Assembly: GCA_030324005.1 (NCBI GenBank)
Contig: JARDVH010000084.1
Location: forward strand, 92,718,927-92,782,926
Direction of reading: 5' to 3'
DNA: 64,000 bases
From: Negaprion brevirostris
Lineage: Eukaryota
The translations under genes and the position numbers were made by a program. The notes beneath the pieces were generated by a model that was not told where the DNA came from, did not search any database, and saw nothing but the letters and a program-made list of their open reading frames with translations. Numbering within the stretch: the stretch's first letter is position 1; the number at the start of each line of letters is the position of its first letter. Shown here in pieces: positions 27,708 through 40,305 of this stretch.

Positions 27708-28169
27708 CTATGAGAAATAATATTTTTAATTTTCTCGTAAAAATACTTACTGACTCCAGTATTGTGTTCCTTTTGCATTAGGCATAATTTCGTAATTGAA
27801 ATCAGGTAGGAGATAGGAGATTTCAATATTCATTCTAGTGGGATATGTAATGATAATAAATGTATGCCGCTTCAGCGAAACAAGGATTATGCGACCACTA
27901 TTGTTCTGCACTGAAGCTGCATTATTTTCTCCTGCATGCTTCCCCGCTAAAATGCTTTAAAACCTGAAACCATTGATGCCCCCGAAAGTACGGACGTAAG
28001 TTGTTTGGCAAACGGCCTTAAATCGGAGCTGGTAGGAGTAGTTTGGGACTTAAAAAAAAACGTTGTCCAGCAAGACAAACTGCCTGATGTCAAGCCCCAT
28101 TTTTTATAGCACTGGCCCCTACTGTGAAGACGAGGATAAATAGGTCAGATAAATTGGTGGGATTAGTTT

Positions 28170-28635
28170 AGAGCTCGCAGTTCTATTCGGTGTGGAGGAT
28201 CGTTCAGTTCGGGAAGAAGTCGCCGTGCTCTCATGTAGAGTCCGGTCGGAGAAGTTTGGTTCAGACGGCGGTCGGTTGGAGACTTAATTCTCAGAGAGTG
28301 GGGTCGTGAGGCTGGAGTGGTGAAAATTGCAGTGGTATGGTCAAGGTCGACGGGTCAAGGTGGAAGTGCAAGTGGCAGATCAGCAGGAGCTCGATGCTGA
28401 GAAAGCGGTGGTTGGATGGGCGGGGTCGGACCGTTAGGTTGACATTGTGGTTTCTGGCACGGTGAATTTGGAGACATAGACGTTTGGGCTCGAAGGGAAT
28501 GTCATTTACAGATGATTTTTCATGGGGGCTAAGGGAAGTGTAGTGCGTTTTGGAGGTTGGAAGTTATCTATTTTCGTGACTCGGCGACCATTGCCAGGGG
28601 AGTGGAAGGCAGTTAATGAATGTGAGGATTCCTAA
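28170..28635 (-). mobile_element. Probable old L2-like LINE fragment
   Basis: Abrupt G-rich plus strand; minus strand C-rich with LDP/PISNL-like remnants. Confidence 0.35.
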
Positions 28636-28644
28636 GAGGACAGG

Positions 28645-28825
28645 ATAGAAACATTGGAACATAGAAAATAGGAGCAAGAGGTGGGCATTGTCCCTTCGAG
28701 CTGGTTCCGCCATTCATTAGTGTCATGTCTGATCATCTAATTCACGAGCCTAATCCTGCTTTTTCCCCATAACCTCAGATCCCATTTGCCCCGAGTTTTG
28801 TTTCCAGCCGCCTCCTGAAGTCATT
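28645..28825 (-). mobile_element. CR1 3' end
   Basis: gaacatagaaaataggagcaagag...ttcgagc...ccgccattca reverse tail. Confidence 0.8.
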
Positions 28826-28829
28826 CAAT

Positions 28830-28938
28830 GTCTTGGGCCGGTGTCTGTGGGAGTTTGCACATTCTCCCCGTGCTTGCGTGGGTTTTCTCTGGGTGCTCCG
28901 CTTTCCTCCCAGACCCCAAAGATGAGCTGTTAGGCTGA
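28830..28938 (+). mobile_element. HE1-type SINE, partial (runs into gap)
   Basis: gagtttgcacattctccccgtg...gggtgctccgctttcctcccag. Confidence 0.8.
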
Positions 28939-29669
28939 NNNNNNNNNNNNNNNNNNNNNNNNNNNNNNNNNNNNNNNNNNNNNNNNNNNNNNNNNNNNNN
29001 NNNNNNNNNNNNNNNNNNNNNNNNNNNNNNNNNNNNNNNNNNNNNNNNNNNNNNNNNNNNNNNNNNNNNNNNNNNNNNNNNNNNNNNNNNNNNNNNNNNN
29101 NNNNNNNNNNNNNNNNNNNNNNNNNNNNNNNNNNNNNNNNNNNNNNNNNNNNNNNNNNNNNNNNNNNNNNNNNNNNNNNNNNNNNNNNNNNNNNNNNNNN
29201 NNNNNNNNNNNNNNNNNNNNNNNNNNNNNNNNNNNNNNNNNNNNNNNNNNNNNNNNNNNNNNNNNNNNNNNNNNNNNNNNNNNNNNNNNNNNNNNNNNNN
29301 NNNNNNNNNNNNNNNNNNNNNNNNNNNNNNNNNNNNNNNNNNNNNNNNNNNNNNNNNNNNNNNNNNNNNNNNNNNNNNNNNNNNNNNNNNNNNNNNNNNN
29401 NNNNNNNNNNNNNNNNNNNNNNNNNNNNNNNNNNNNNNNNNNNNNNNNNNNNNNNNNNNNNNNNNNNNNNNNNNNNNNNNNNNNNNNNNNNNNNNNNNNN
29501 NNNNNNNNNNNNNNNNGGAAACGACTTCCCCGCTCACTTTTGTGGGATGGTCAACAATCCTGGGAGGCCAGGAATTCACGGGCCCTAATTGTAGAGCGAA
29601 TTCAAGAAAACAGAAAGCCACAAATCCAAATGAAGAACGCCATACATCAACTGGTCAAGTAACACTTCA

Positions 29670-30140
29670 CAAAAAATGTATGTTACAGTACAGACCCTTC
29701 GCCCCAAGAGCCTGCAGCGACAGGACTGCACGAAATCTACACTGATTTTGTTTCCACCCCCTGTTCCATAACATACAAGTTAGCATCATCCCATTTGCTT
29801 TCCATAGATATTTAGAAGTTCTGCGGTTTCACAAATCTACCACCCTGCGAGACAAAACATTCCAAACGCTCACCGCATTTTAGATGGAAATTTCGTTCCT
29901 CAATTCCACGCTGAATCTTCCGCCGATCGCATCAAAACTATGCTTTCTTCTTTTTGGCCCTTAAAAGTACGTGAATAGCTACACCCTATTCACCCTGTGA
30001 ATCATTTACATAATCTTACACGCCTCAATAGATACTTCCTCAACCTTCCCAGCACTCAAGAAATGAACCTGAGTTCATATGTCCTCTTTTTCATAGCAAA
30101 TCAGTTCTACACGGGGAGACATATTGATGAATCTTGTTAG
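29670..30140 (-). mobile_element. CR1 3' end fragment
   Basis: Reverse of the ORF2 C-terminus (cattcca...ctcacc; ataatctta...cctcaatagat...cctcaacctt). Confidence 0.6.
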
Positions 30141-31337
30141 CGCGAGTGGGCGAAACGACCACTACGGACTCAGGGTGAAGTTCAATAACGGCACAGCNNN
30201 NNNNNNNNNNNNNNNNNNNNNNNNNNNNNNNNNNNNNNNNNNNNNNNNNNNNNNNNNNNNNNNNNNNNNNNNNNNNNNNNNNNNNNNNNNNNNNNNNNNN
30301 NNNNNNNNNNNNNNNNNNNNNNNNNNNNNNNNNNNNNNNNNNNNNNNNNNNNNNNNNNNNNNNNNNNNNNNNNNNNNNNNNNNNNNNNNNNNNNNNNNNN
30401 NNNNNNNNNNNNNNNNNNNNNNNNNNNNNNNNNNNNNNNNNNNNNNNNNNNNNNNNNNNNNNNNNNNNNNNNNNNNNNNNNNNNNNNNNNNNNNNNNNNN
30501 NNNNNNNNNNNNNNNNNNNNNNNNNNNNNNNNNNNNNNNNNNNNNNNNNNNNNNNNNNNNNNNNNNNNNNNNNNNNNNNNNNNNNNNNNNNNNNNNNNNN
30601 NNNNNNNNNNNNNNNNNNNNNNNNNNNNNNNNNNNNNNNNNNNNNNNNNNNNNNNNNNNNNNNNNNNNNNNNNNNNNNNNNNNNTGATGGGGTGGGGATG
30701 TGTTCTTCAATTTAGTTCCTGTAGGTGCCATCCTGTCCAATTTCCCTTATGTGCTAGCCCTAATTTGCATTCTAAAAGCATGCTCTTGCCTACTAATCAG
30801 TGTCTGTTACTTTGAGATTTTTAGTGGAGGGCTCTGAGGGTAGGTTTAGTTTGCTTCCATTTTGTGCGCCCAATTTCACAAAATTTGTTGTCCGATAAAC
30901 ATCTCATCTTCAAGGACATCTTCCTATAGTGAAGCAAAGGGAACTGCACTCAGTACTCCAGCTGTGGACGAAAGAACATGTCGCCCCCTACTCGTGGGAC
31001 GTACGCCAAGACTGATAAGTGCAAGTGTCCCATATGCCTTCTAAACTATCCCGTTCACAGACTTCACAACTTCAGGAATCTGGGAACAAGCTCCTTCTAT
31101 TCCATTGAGTTTGCTGGTTTCCTGCCTTTCATTGAATATTCCAATGAGATGTTGCTCGTTCCCTTCGCACGTTAAACAGTGTTACCATCCTGTCTTCAAA
31201 AGGACGATTCTTTGGGAAGATGAATTGCTGCCAGGTCTTCTGAATGTTTCAGGGACTCACAGTTCCAAATTTCGCGCACAGCCTTTCCAATTTGCTTTAT
31301 AGCACACCATCATCATAAACAGATATTACAGTGCTAC

Positions 31338-31361
31338 CTGGCTTCTGGCTTGAAATGCTGC
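31338..31361 (-). CDS. Candidate 24-nt phase-1 micro-exon (G-SISSQKP); read-through gives ...PGSTVISVYDDGVL*
   Basis: cttttatgttcattttcag|GCAGCATTTCAAGCCAGAAGCCAG|gtagca; strong acceptor, moderate donor. Confidence 0.5.
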
Positions 31362-31462
31362 CTGAAAATGAACATAAAAGAGTAGACGATTTTCTCCATT
31401 CTTGCAGTTTTCCATGATACTAGTCAACAACAAATACAAAAGAAAATGTGTTACTAATCTCG

Positions 31463-31504
31463 TTTTGTTGTTGTTGTTAATGATGCTGCTGCTGTTGTTG
31501 TTGT
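31463..31504. repeat. (TTG)/(CTG) trinucleotide microsatellite
   Basis: Directly visible. Confidence 0.9.
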
Positions 31505-32084
31505 CAATTTCCGTTGAAAATTATGGAAATGAAGTTCCTAGGAACAAAATTGCGGATCTGAGATTTACGTTAAAACAGACCATTGTTTTTGACAGTCATA
31601 AGAATGGATTAGCAATACCACTCTTCAATTCACGCATTATTCATCATTGTCAACATCACTATATACACTGTTATGTTAAAATAAGGTGATAGCTATGTTA
31701 AATGTATTATATTAATCTATGTCATACATTTAGAAAACACAGTAGTCTATATTCCTCAAGTGCATGTTTTTATTTATTGGTTAACAGATGTCCACATTTT
31801 ACCTGCTAGTACCTTGTAAGGTTCATCATGTTCAGTTCCATTCTGACTTACATGTGAGCCATTGCACATCCTTCCATGGAGATCGTTCCTGACAGAATGT
31901 TTTTTTTTAATTCTTCTGCTGCGCATTTTAAATGTATAACAATCGCAAATCTGAGCTCTCTACTGCTGTCACTATCATACAGATTTCATGTCGATCTTCC
32001 GTGTTGCACGAGCCATGAGATGCATCATTTGCTACCTATCATGGCTAATAAAGCTAACCTATAATACATGTAAACTAAACGGCA

Positions 32085-32275
32085 TGTTAGCATGGACAAT
32101 CCACCAGACCTGCGTATCTTTGGACTGTGAATGAATGCTTAGCACCCGGAGGAAACCATCGGCGAAAAATGTGGGAGAAAGTAGGAGTTTCACACAAGTC
32201 AATCAACGCCCAAATCGATTGTGGGTAATAATCTTCTGAGGCAGCAGTGCTAACCACTGAGCAACCATGCTGCCA
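32085..32275 (-). mobile_element. HE1-type SINE
   Basis: ttagcatggacaatccacc...tctttggactgtg...gcacccggaggaaacc...gaggcagcagtgctaaccact. Confidence 0.8.
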
Positions 32276-33659
32276 ATTAATTTTCAGTGCTTTATTCATA
32301 TGAATCGACTTCCGCCATACATATTGTGTAGGTAGTTAAACAAAACAAGCACTCCTGAGAAAAAAAAACGAAGATTCAGTGACGTAGAAACCACGGTTGC
32401 CTCTAGTATTAGATAATCTGTGAATCAAGCTACCACTTATTAATTTTTGAGTTCAGTTTTCTCTTTCATTAAGTGCAAACAATGGTCTATAGCGTGGGAC
32501 ATAACGAGCATAACGGTCATGGACTCATTTTCCCGTAATCCTCCATGACGTTCTCTTAGCCAAGGGTGTTTTTCTTCCACCTAATTTAGAAATCGTGGCA
32601 CCAATTGTGGCTCATGATCATGTCTTCATGAACGAGCCATAACTGTGCAGTCAATATAAGTGGGACTGTAATTTTGCGGAAGAAGTCGTCATCGTTTTAC
32701 TTGCGGGAAGTGTCTTATTTGGCGAGTTATGTATAGCGCTGGAATTGACAAAAATGCACACCACAACTCTCACACTAACTTCAGTGAGACATTTGCAAAA
32801 CATCCAAATAATGGAGCGAATTTCAGATTTCAGGGTATTAATGTTATGTCACCGTATACCTAATCCCAATTAAAAATGTTGCAGCCATTGGTAGTAGCAA
32901 ACCAAATTATGTCAGAGACACGTGTAATTTTCAGCGGCATAAAATTCGTATGTACTATACGTAGTGAATCTTAAATTACTTTACTATGCAGTTATTTTTC
33001 ATTTGCATTCAGATAATGATGTGCGATATTTGCCATAGAGAAAAACAAATACTGATATTTTCAAAAACATTTTCTATACATTTCGCTTCAGTTCTATATT
33101 CATTGTTTAAATTGAAACAAAAATGAGGAAACTCGTTTCTTAACTTACTTTATTTGTAGGTTGCCGTAAATATGGTTGTTTTCAAATCGGTGAAGTTCAA
33201 TACCAGGCATGGGCAAGTTTAAGCACGTCACCTTGGAACTATCGGAAGATCAACTGAGTGTGTAGGTTTGAAGAAAAGAACAAATAAGTATGGAACGTCA
33301 TCTAGTCAATAGCAGAATCTTGCGTGATCCCATAGAACGTTTTATGTGTAAATTAAGTTGTATAATATTAATACCATATTTTGGCAGCTGGCCATGATGT
33401 TGGACAATTACAAAATTAATAAGTGTTCGAATTGCTGATATTGCACTATCACTCCTTCTAATTCTAAATGATCAATCCTATTTTTTCCAGGCTTTGTGCA
33501 TTCCAATACATTTAGCGTGATTCGGCTGTAGATTTGCTTTTAATATCCAGTTAACCATGACTTAATTAATACCTTGATGTGCCTTATATTATTGCAATTT
33601 GTCTTTCGGTTATGTGCTATATCTGACTTCCTCTTCCTAATGTTGCTTTCCTGTTCCCA

Positions 33660-36600
33660 CCTACAGTCTAGTTTACGTAAACACTTTCTGAAGTAACAAC
33701 AAACTTCAAGACTGAAGGTGATGCCGGAATGTGGCAACTTCTTGAGATCTGTGAGCAGCATATCCTCTAATGTTAACCATTACCCTCTTTCTAAAGTCTG
33801 TAAACTCGACTGTAACCCTTACAAACTCTCTAAGAACGTTCTTATTCGAATTTGCAGACTTTCCAATCTTCAGGACTTTAACGACGCCTGTCCTGGAGCC
33901 CATCCGGACCAGCCACGATGTGCAACCTGTGGCAGGCGTGCATACCTTGCCTCCGGGAGTTCCCTACCACGGTCCCCACTGATCAGAAGACCACCTCTTC
34001 GGCTGGACTCTTGCCTCACCGCCCCCCACGATCGGGACTCCTATGCCGGTGCGTTCACTGCTCCGGCATTCAACAACAACGAATTGACCTCCGCGACCGG
34101 AACCCTCTCTCCAACAGCCTTGAGCGAACTAGAATCCACCGCCTGGATACTTCCTCCAGACCCCTCAACCCCAATACAATCGCTGCACCCTTCAAACAAT
34201 CAACTCCCATTGCTTGAAAATCACTAATACGGTCCTTTTAAATGTGCATAGAAATCATTCAAATTCAGAAGCAAGACCCCGGCATGGTGGGAACCCTGAA
34301 GACCATAAGACGTGGACTCGACCATCGGCTCACGTGTGGCAGTGACCGCAGACACCCCATGGACCATACGCCATAACAGGACTTTCAGCCATCCACGCCA
34401 TAGCATGCTAATGCCGCGCTCTTAGAAACCAAACTGCAGTCAGGCAGTGACCGGGAACGTCGAATGTGAAGACCCAGAAACCGGATCAGGAACTGTGACC
34501 ATGGCAAAACTATCTGCACCTACACACCAACTAAACTGGTGGACCTTAATGGACGCACCTATACACTTTAAATCAAACGCTACTCTCTCCTTCTCACAAA
34601 AGCAGGCACTCAGTCAAGTAGGAAAGTATGGAGATCTGCAGGTGAAAGTGAAAGAAATGGCCCCAAGCCCCTCCTCTCCAGATAATTCCTCCCAAATGTT
34701 TGATCTCTGGGAAACAAGGTAGACAGGCTTTGTCTGTCTCGCTTTTCAAAGGGAACTAAGAGCTTGTGTCAAGTAGACATGGCTCACTGATGCTTCACTG
34801 GACAGCGCCTTACCCACAGAGGACTTTTCCATCCACAAAGTGGGCAGTACTGCAGCCTTACGCAAGGCGAGGTGTAGTGGGGTCTGCCTACCAATCAACA
34901 CCAATGTGTGCCTAAAAGTAGCAAGGGAAGAGTACTGGTCCCTGCTCCTGGAATACTTGATGTTGAAATGGCACCAATTCTGCTTTCCATGACAGTTCCC
35001 CTCACTTATCCTGACAGCAAGTTATAGGCCGCCGATGTGAAGGTGAAGACATCGCTGGTCGAAATCTATCTAATACAAACAGCCCTGAGACAACATATTC
35101 CGAGGACATGTACATCGTGGCCGGCGACGTCAGCTAGGCCAAGCTTAAGAGTTACCTACCAAGATAATACTAACATTTTTTTCTGTTCCACCAAAGGCCC
35201 AAATATCCCAGATCACAGCTGCACAAACAGCAAGAGTGCCCACTGCTCCATCATCCGACCATAAGTTGTAAATCAGACTGAAAGGCTGTGTTCCTGTTCT
35301 GGGCATCGAGGCAAATATTGAAAAGGGAGAATCTGACAAAGAAAGTCGTGCAGTGTTGATCTGAAGAATTGGCTGATTTCCTACAGGACTTTTTGAATCA
35401 GTAAACTTGTCACTATGAACTCAGTGATCAACCGGATTGTATCTGTCACTACAGTAATGAACTTAATTAGTAACTGCATAGAAGACTGTGTGCGAAAGAA
35501 GCCAGCCCATGTGTTCTCCCATCAGAAACAATGGACGAAAAAGGATATCCGGTGCTTGGTGAAATCCAGGAATGAGTCGTTCAACTTAGGCGGCCCTTCC
35601 TTATGCAAGACATCCAGAGATGATCGGCAGTGAACTATCGAAGATCCATGAGACATCAACAGTATAAGGTATAATCCTAGGCTAATCGTGTGGACTCTCA
35701 CCGACTATGGCAAAGTCTGCAAGGCAAAACACGATGCAAGGTAGCGGCATGAAGAATTGTGGATAGCAATTTATCTCACCCCAGTCAACAGGATCGTACC
35801 GCCCATCCCAGAAGACTGGGCAAAACAATGTATGATGTTAACATTGCAGACGACAGTGAACGTTTTCGAAATTCAGTCAACAAGCCATTGCACTGGATGG
35901 AGTACCAAGATAAGAACGCAGACTCCCATGGACCAGCCGACGGGAGTGTTCAGAGGAATGTTTAACCATCCTTTTCTCCGATCACAGGTCACAGACTAAT
36001 TCAAGAGTACGGTCATCCGCCGTGTACTAAAGAAATTCCAGGCAGCGTACCTTAATTATTATTGCACTGTGGCTCTGACGCTCATCATTATGAAGTATTA
36101 CGAACGTTTCATTCTGTTTCGGGTCAATTCTGGCCTTCTAGATTCCCTGGACCCAACAGAGTTCGACTCTCGTTACGTTAGGTCCAAGGGTGTGAATTCT
36201 CCATTCCAATCATGGATCAACTTCGTAACAAAGATTCATTTTTTTTCCCAAAATTCCAAACACCCCACATATTGACTACACCTCAGCTTCCAATGACATT
36301 ATATCTACAAAGCACATCACCAAACTCCGTGGCCTTGGGATCCGCCCTTCCCTCTAAAACTGGATTCAAGACTTCCTAAACCACAAAACACCATCAGTAA
36401 GTTTAGGTTAAAAAAGAAACACCTCCTCCATAAACGTCCTCAGCACTGGTGCCTGGCAAGTCTATATCCTCATCCCTTTACTATATTCCTTCTCTCATAA
36501 CTGTCTGGTCAAATTCCCCTCCAACTTGATTTTCAAGTTTGCTGATTGCACCACCGTAGGGAGTCAAATCTCAAACAATGATATATTGCACTACAGGAAG

Positions 36601-37365
36601 GAGATAGAAAATCTGGTGATTTGATGCGATGACAATAATCTGTCCTTTAATATCAGTGAAATAAAGGAAATAGCCACCGACGTTTGAATGCGTAGTGTGG
36701 GATATGTCCCTCTATACATCTACGAGGGTGAAGTGGAAATGGGAAAGAACTTCAAGTTTCTAATTGCCCATTTCATCAACATTCTGTCTGGTCCCTCCAC
36801 ACTTACGCTATAACAAAGAACGCCCACTATCCACTTTAATTTCTCAGGAGGCTAAGGAAATTTGGCATGTCTGCCACGGCTCTCATCAACTGCTGCATAT
36901 GCACCAGAGAAAGTATACTTTCTGGTGGTATCGCAACTTGGTACGGTTCTTGCTCTTCCCAAGTCTAGGAACAACGTCAACGAGTCCGCTCCATCACGCA
37001 AACTGGCGCCCCACCCATCGACATTGTCGACATTTTGCGCTGCAACAGAAAAGTAGCCAGCATAATAAAGGAGAGAACGAACCCCAGAAAATCTCTCCTT
37101 TAAACTGTTTACTCGGGAAAAATGTGCAAGTGCCTGAACTCACATAGAAACATATGAACAGCTTCAAGAACAACTTCTTCCCGGCTGGCATCAGCCTTTC
37201 GATGAGATTTACTTATATTAAATTGATCTTTTTTCTATATTTTAGCTATTAAAACTTAATTCTGCACATTCACGTTTCCTTATGAATCATTGCTTTGCTT
37301 TGTCANNNNNNCAATATACCATCCGAGAAATAATGCTTTCCTCTAACACCTGGCAATAATAAATA
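33660..37365 (+). mobile_element. Near full-length decayed Rex1/Babar LINE
   Basis: Endonuclease start (LQVK...NVxSLGNKVD...FQREL...TWL, GKARxxGVC) near 34635-34900, VALTLIIMKYYER at 36069, FKFADCTTVG RT core near 36535, and an aacaacttcttccc C-terminal motif; riddled with stops. Confidence 0.82.
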
Positions 37366-38214
37366 TGATCATTCAAGTCAACTTCAGCGAACTGATATTC
37401 GCCTTTTTTCTGCCTCGAAGTAACAATAGAAGTCGCTATAGCCTGCATACCACATATCATGAGATACAACCTCACAAATTTTCAAGGTCCTCTTCACGAA
37501 CTCTTCTCAGAATCGTTTATGTTCCTGTTGATTTTTGTTTTCAGTTGTTTAAACTTGTGAAATGACATTTCAGCGTTGCTTGAGTATTTTATTCTCTTCA
37601 CTGTTGTACGCTCAAGGTTTTGTATGGTTTAATGTTTTCAAAAGATGTATACTGCACCAATAAACAATATTCCCTATCCCAAGCTCAGTGGTGCACCGTT
37701 CGGGAGGTGGCTGGCCATCAGTCGCAAAGAAAAATTATTTTGTCAGAATTCAGCAGAATTTCTATGCACACTGTGTTGAGTATTCTTGCCCGTCTAGGAC
37801 GCCAACAACGAATATCTTGCTTTGTCGGACATCAGAACCAGTTCAGAGCAATATTAGTGCAAAAAAGGATTCAAATCAACAGAACACGCTCATGCACTAT
37901 CTCCGAGTGACCAGGTCATGTCGGTGATTTTCCCCAACTTCGTCAGTAGTGCCTCCACACTTCTCCTTTTCGGAGAAAGATCCGCCTCTTTCTTTAAAGA
38001 TGAACTGATCTTACATCCACCACACTATCTTGGAAATTTTTGCTGGCGTTCAGAAACCGTTGAAGAAGCAATAAGAACATCTAATGACAAACAAATGTTC
38101 AGTCCCACTATCTACCTACTAACCATTACATTTTCGTTCCTGTCACTGAGATGATAACTGATTTCCACATTTTTTTAATGTAGTGATATAACACAATTTT
38201 AGTTCCCTTTCAAA

Positions 38215-38490
38215 ACACGGGGTGGCACTGTCGCACTGTTGCTTCAGAGCGCCAGGGTCCTGGTCTCGACACTAGGCTTGGGCCAGTGGCTGGGCAGATT
38301 CCACACGTTTTACCCGTACCTGCGTGTGTTTCCTCCGAGTTCTCCCGCTTCCTTCTGCAAATTCGAAATGTGTGATGATTTGGTACATTGGCCATGTTAC
38401 CTTTTCCCTCAGTGTAGCCGAACAGGCGAGAGGATTTCCACAGAAGCTTCATTGCATGGTTAATGTAAGCCTACTCTTCACACTAATAGA
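38215..38490 (+). mobile_element. HE1-type SINE
   Basis: tRNA-like head gcactgttgcttcagagcgccaggg...; tail aatgtaagcctact...cactaata. Confidence 0.75.
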
Positions 38491-38605
38491 TAAAACATAA
38501 AGCAATGAAAGTTACTAAATATTTCTGATTCGTTTCTGGCCTATAGAATACCGTGTTCTATGTTTAATTTCACCTCGCTCTCGCAGAAAAAAAAATCTTC
38601 AACTA

Positions 38606-38657
38606 GTGTGTGTGCATGTGTGTGTTTGTGTGTGTGTGTGTATGTGTGTGTGTGTGA
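38606..38657. repeat. Imperfect (TG)n microsatellite
   Basis: Directly visible. Confidence 0.95.
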
Positions 38658-38717
38658 AGGGGGGGGCGGGGCGGTGGCGGGATACACCCTTTCCATCAAT
38701 GCATTATTTAGAAATTC

Positions 38718-39030
38718 TTACATTCTTACAGTACAAAATGAGGCCATTTGGCCCATCGGATCTGCACTGATCACAACCCACCCAGACTCATAACCCAACT
38801 GATTTCCCCTAGGTAGTCGCCCTGTCACTAAGGGACAATTTAGCATGGCTAATCCACCAAATCCGCACATCTTTGGACTATGGGAGGAAACTAGTGCACC
38901 CGGAGAAGACAACACAGACACCGAGTGAACGTAGCAACTCCAAACAAATAGTGACCCAAGCCTGGAATCGTTCCTGGGTCCGTGACGCTGTGAGACGGCT
39001 TTGATAACAACTGTGCCACCGTACCGCCCC
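38718..39030 (-). mobile_element. HE1-type SINE
   Basis: aagggacaatttagcatggctaatccacc (V-domain) and gaggccatttggcccatcg tail. Confidence 0.85.
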
Positions 39031-39826
39031 AATGTTATTAACATCACCAAGACTTTATTTAAGATCCTAAATTTCCTGAACGCGTAGAACCAAAGGATTC
39101 TGAAGTGTTGTATTTCGATGACTCATTCATTTTACAGGGAAAATATGAAATTTGCACTTGATATTATGAGCCGGCTTTTAACTAGTCAATTTTGGCACGC
39201 TCTCCTCAATACTCTGAAACCCTATATTAACTTTCGCTTCTCTCTTTGCCGTTACATTTCTCTCACTGCTGAATGTCCGTCTGATATTAACTTCTGGTGG
39301 ACCTGTTGTTTAACCCAACAATTATGTTATGTTCCGATTCTATTTTGATGAAAATAGTCAGGACCGCTCAGTTCAGATTTTTCAAAGAACTGGTCCACAA
39401 TTTCGCAGAAATCTGGTACCATCGCTCCCAAAGCAAGGTCCATGCCAGAGATTAATTGTCGAACATATTCATTTTTTTTTGCTCGTGGTGCTTGGAGGAA
39501 TGTCGAGATTCCAGTTTATAACGCCTTTCTGTATAATTCTCCAGCATTCCTGTTAAATTCATATTTCAGAAGAACAACCCACCTTCTGTTTCTGTATTTA
39601 TTCCCAGTGCACGTCTCCTCTGTCGATTGATCATTATTCGCAATGTATGTCTCCTCTGCCGATTGACCAGGCTCACCATCAGGGTGCACTGAAATACTCA
39701 ATAATACCATTTACCTGCCGCTGCGGTTAGAACGTATTGTTCTCGATTTACATTTTGCGGCCACGGAGGCCACCCTAATGCCAAAACTATCAAATTTCTC
39801 ATCACGGCTCCTCTTCCAGTCTCACA

Positions 39827-39897
39827 TTATAGCTGCAGCAGCACTTCTGCCATGACGTTTTCCTCGCTCAGATGAAGGCGCTGCATCCCCTTCCGGT
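39827..39897 (-). CDS. Candidate (alternative) terminal coding exon, D-RKGMQRLHLSEENVMAEVLLQL*
   Basis: Strong acceptor (ttttctctcttcttcggaacattgcag|ACCGG); phase-1 frame runs 22 codons to TAA; AATAAA on the minus strand at 39597-39602 is followed by a GT-rich tract. Confidence 0.4.
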
Positions 39898-40024
39898 CTG
39901 CAATGTTCCGAAGAAGAGAGAAAAAAAACAATTCATATGATTCTGGATGCTTTAAATAGGACTGAGAGAGATGCCGTCATGGGAAGCTTCACTGCTATGG
40001 TTTGGGCGGGAAACAACAACTACC

Positions 40025-40305
40025 AAGGCGGCAAGGTAGCACAGCACTGAGCACTTCTGCCACACAAAGCCAGGGACCCGGTTTCAAATGCGGCCGAAGT
40101 CATTGCCTGTGGTGAATTTATACATTCTCCCCATGTGAAAAATGTGCGGGTTATGTTGACTGGCTATGCTTAATTGACTCTAGTGTCGGGGGTGAGCAGG
40201 GTACATAATGTGGTGTTAATGGAATAGTGTCTGAGTGGGATTGTGGTCGGTGCAGACTCGTTGGGCCGAATGGCCTCTTTCTGCACTGTCGCAATTCCAT
40301 GATTC
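40025..40305 (+). mobile_element. HE1-type SINE
   Basis: ccagggacccggtttcaa head; ggtgcagactcgttgggccgaatggcctctttctgcactgt tail. Confidence 0.82.
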
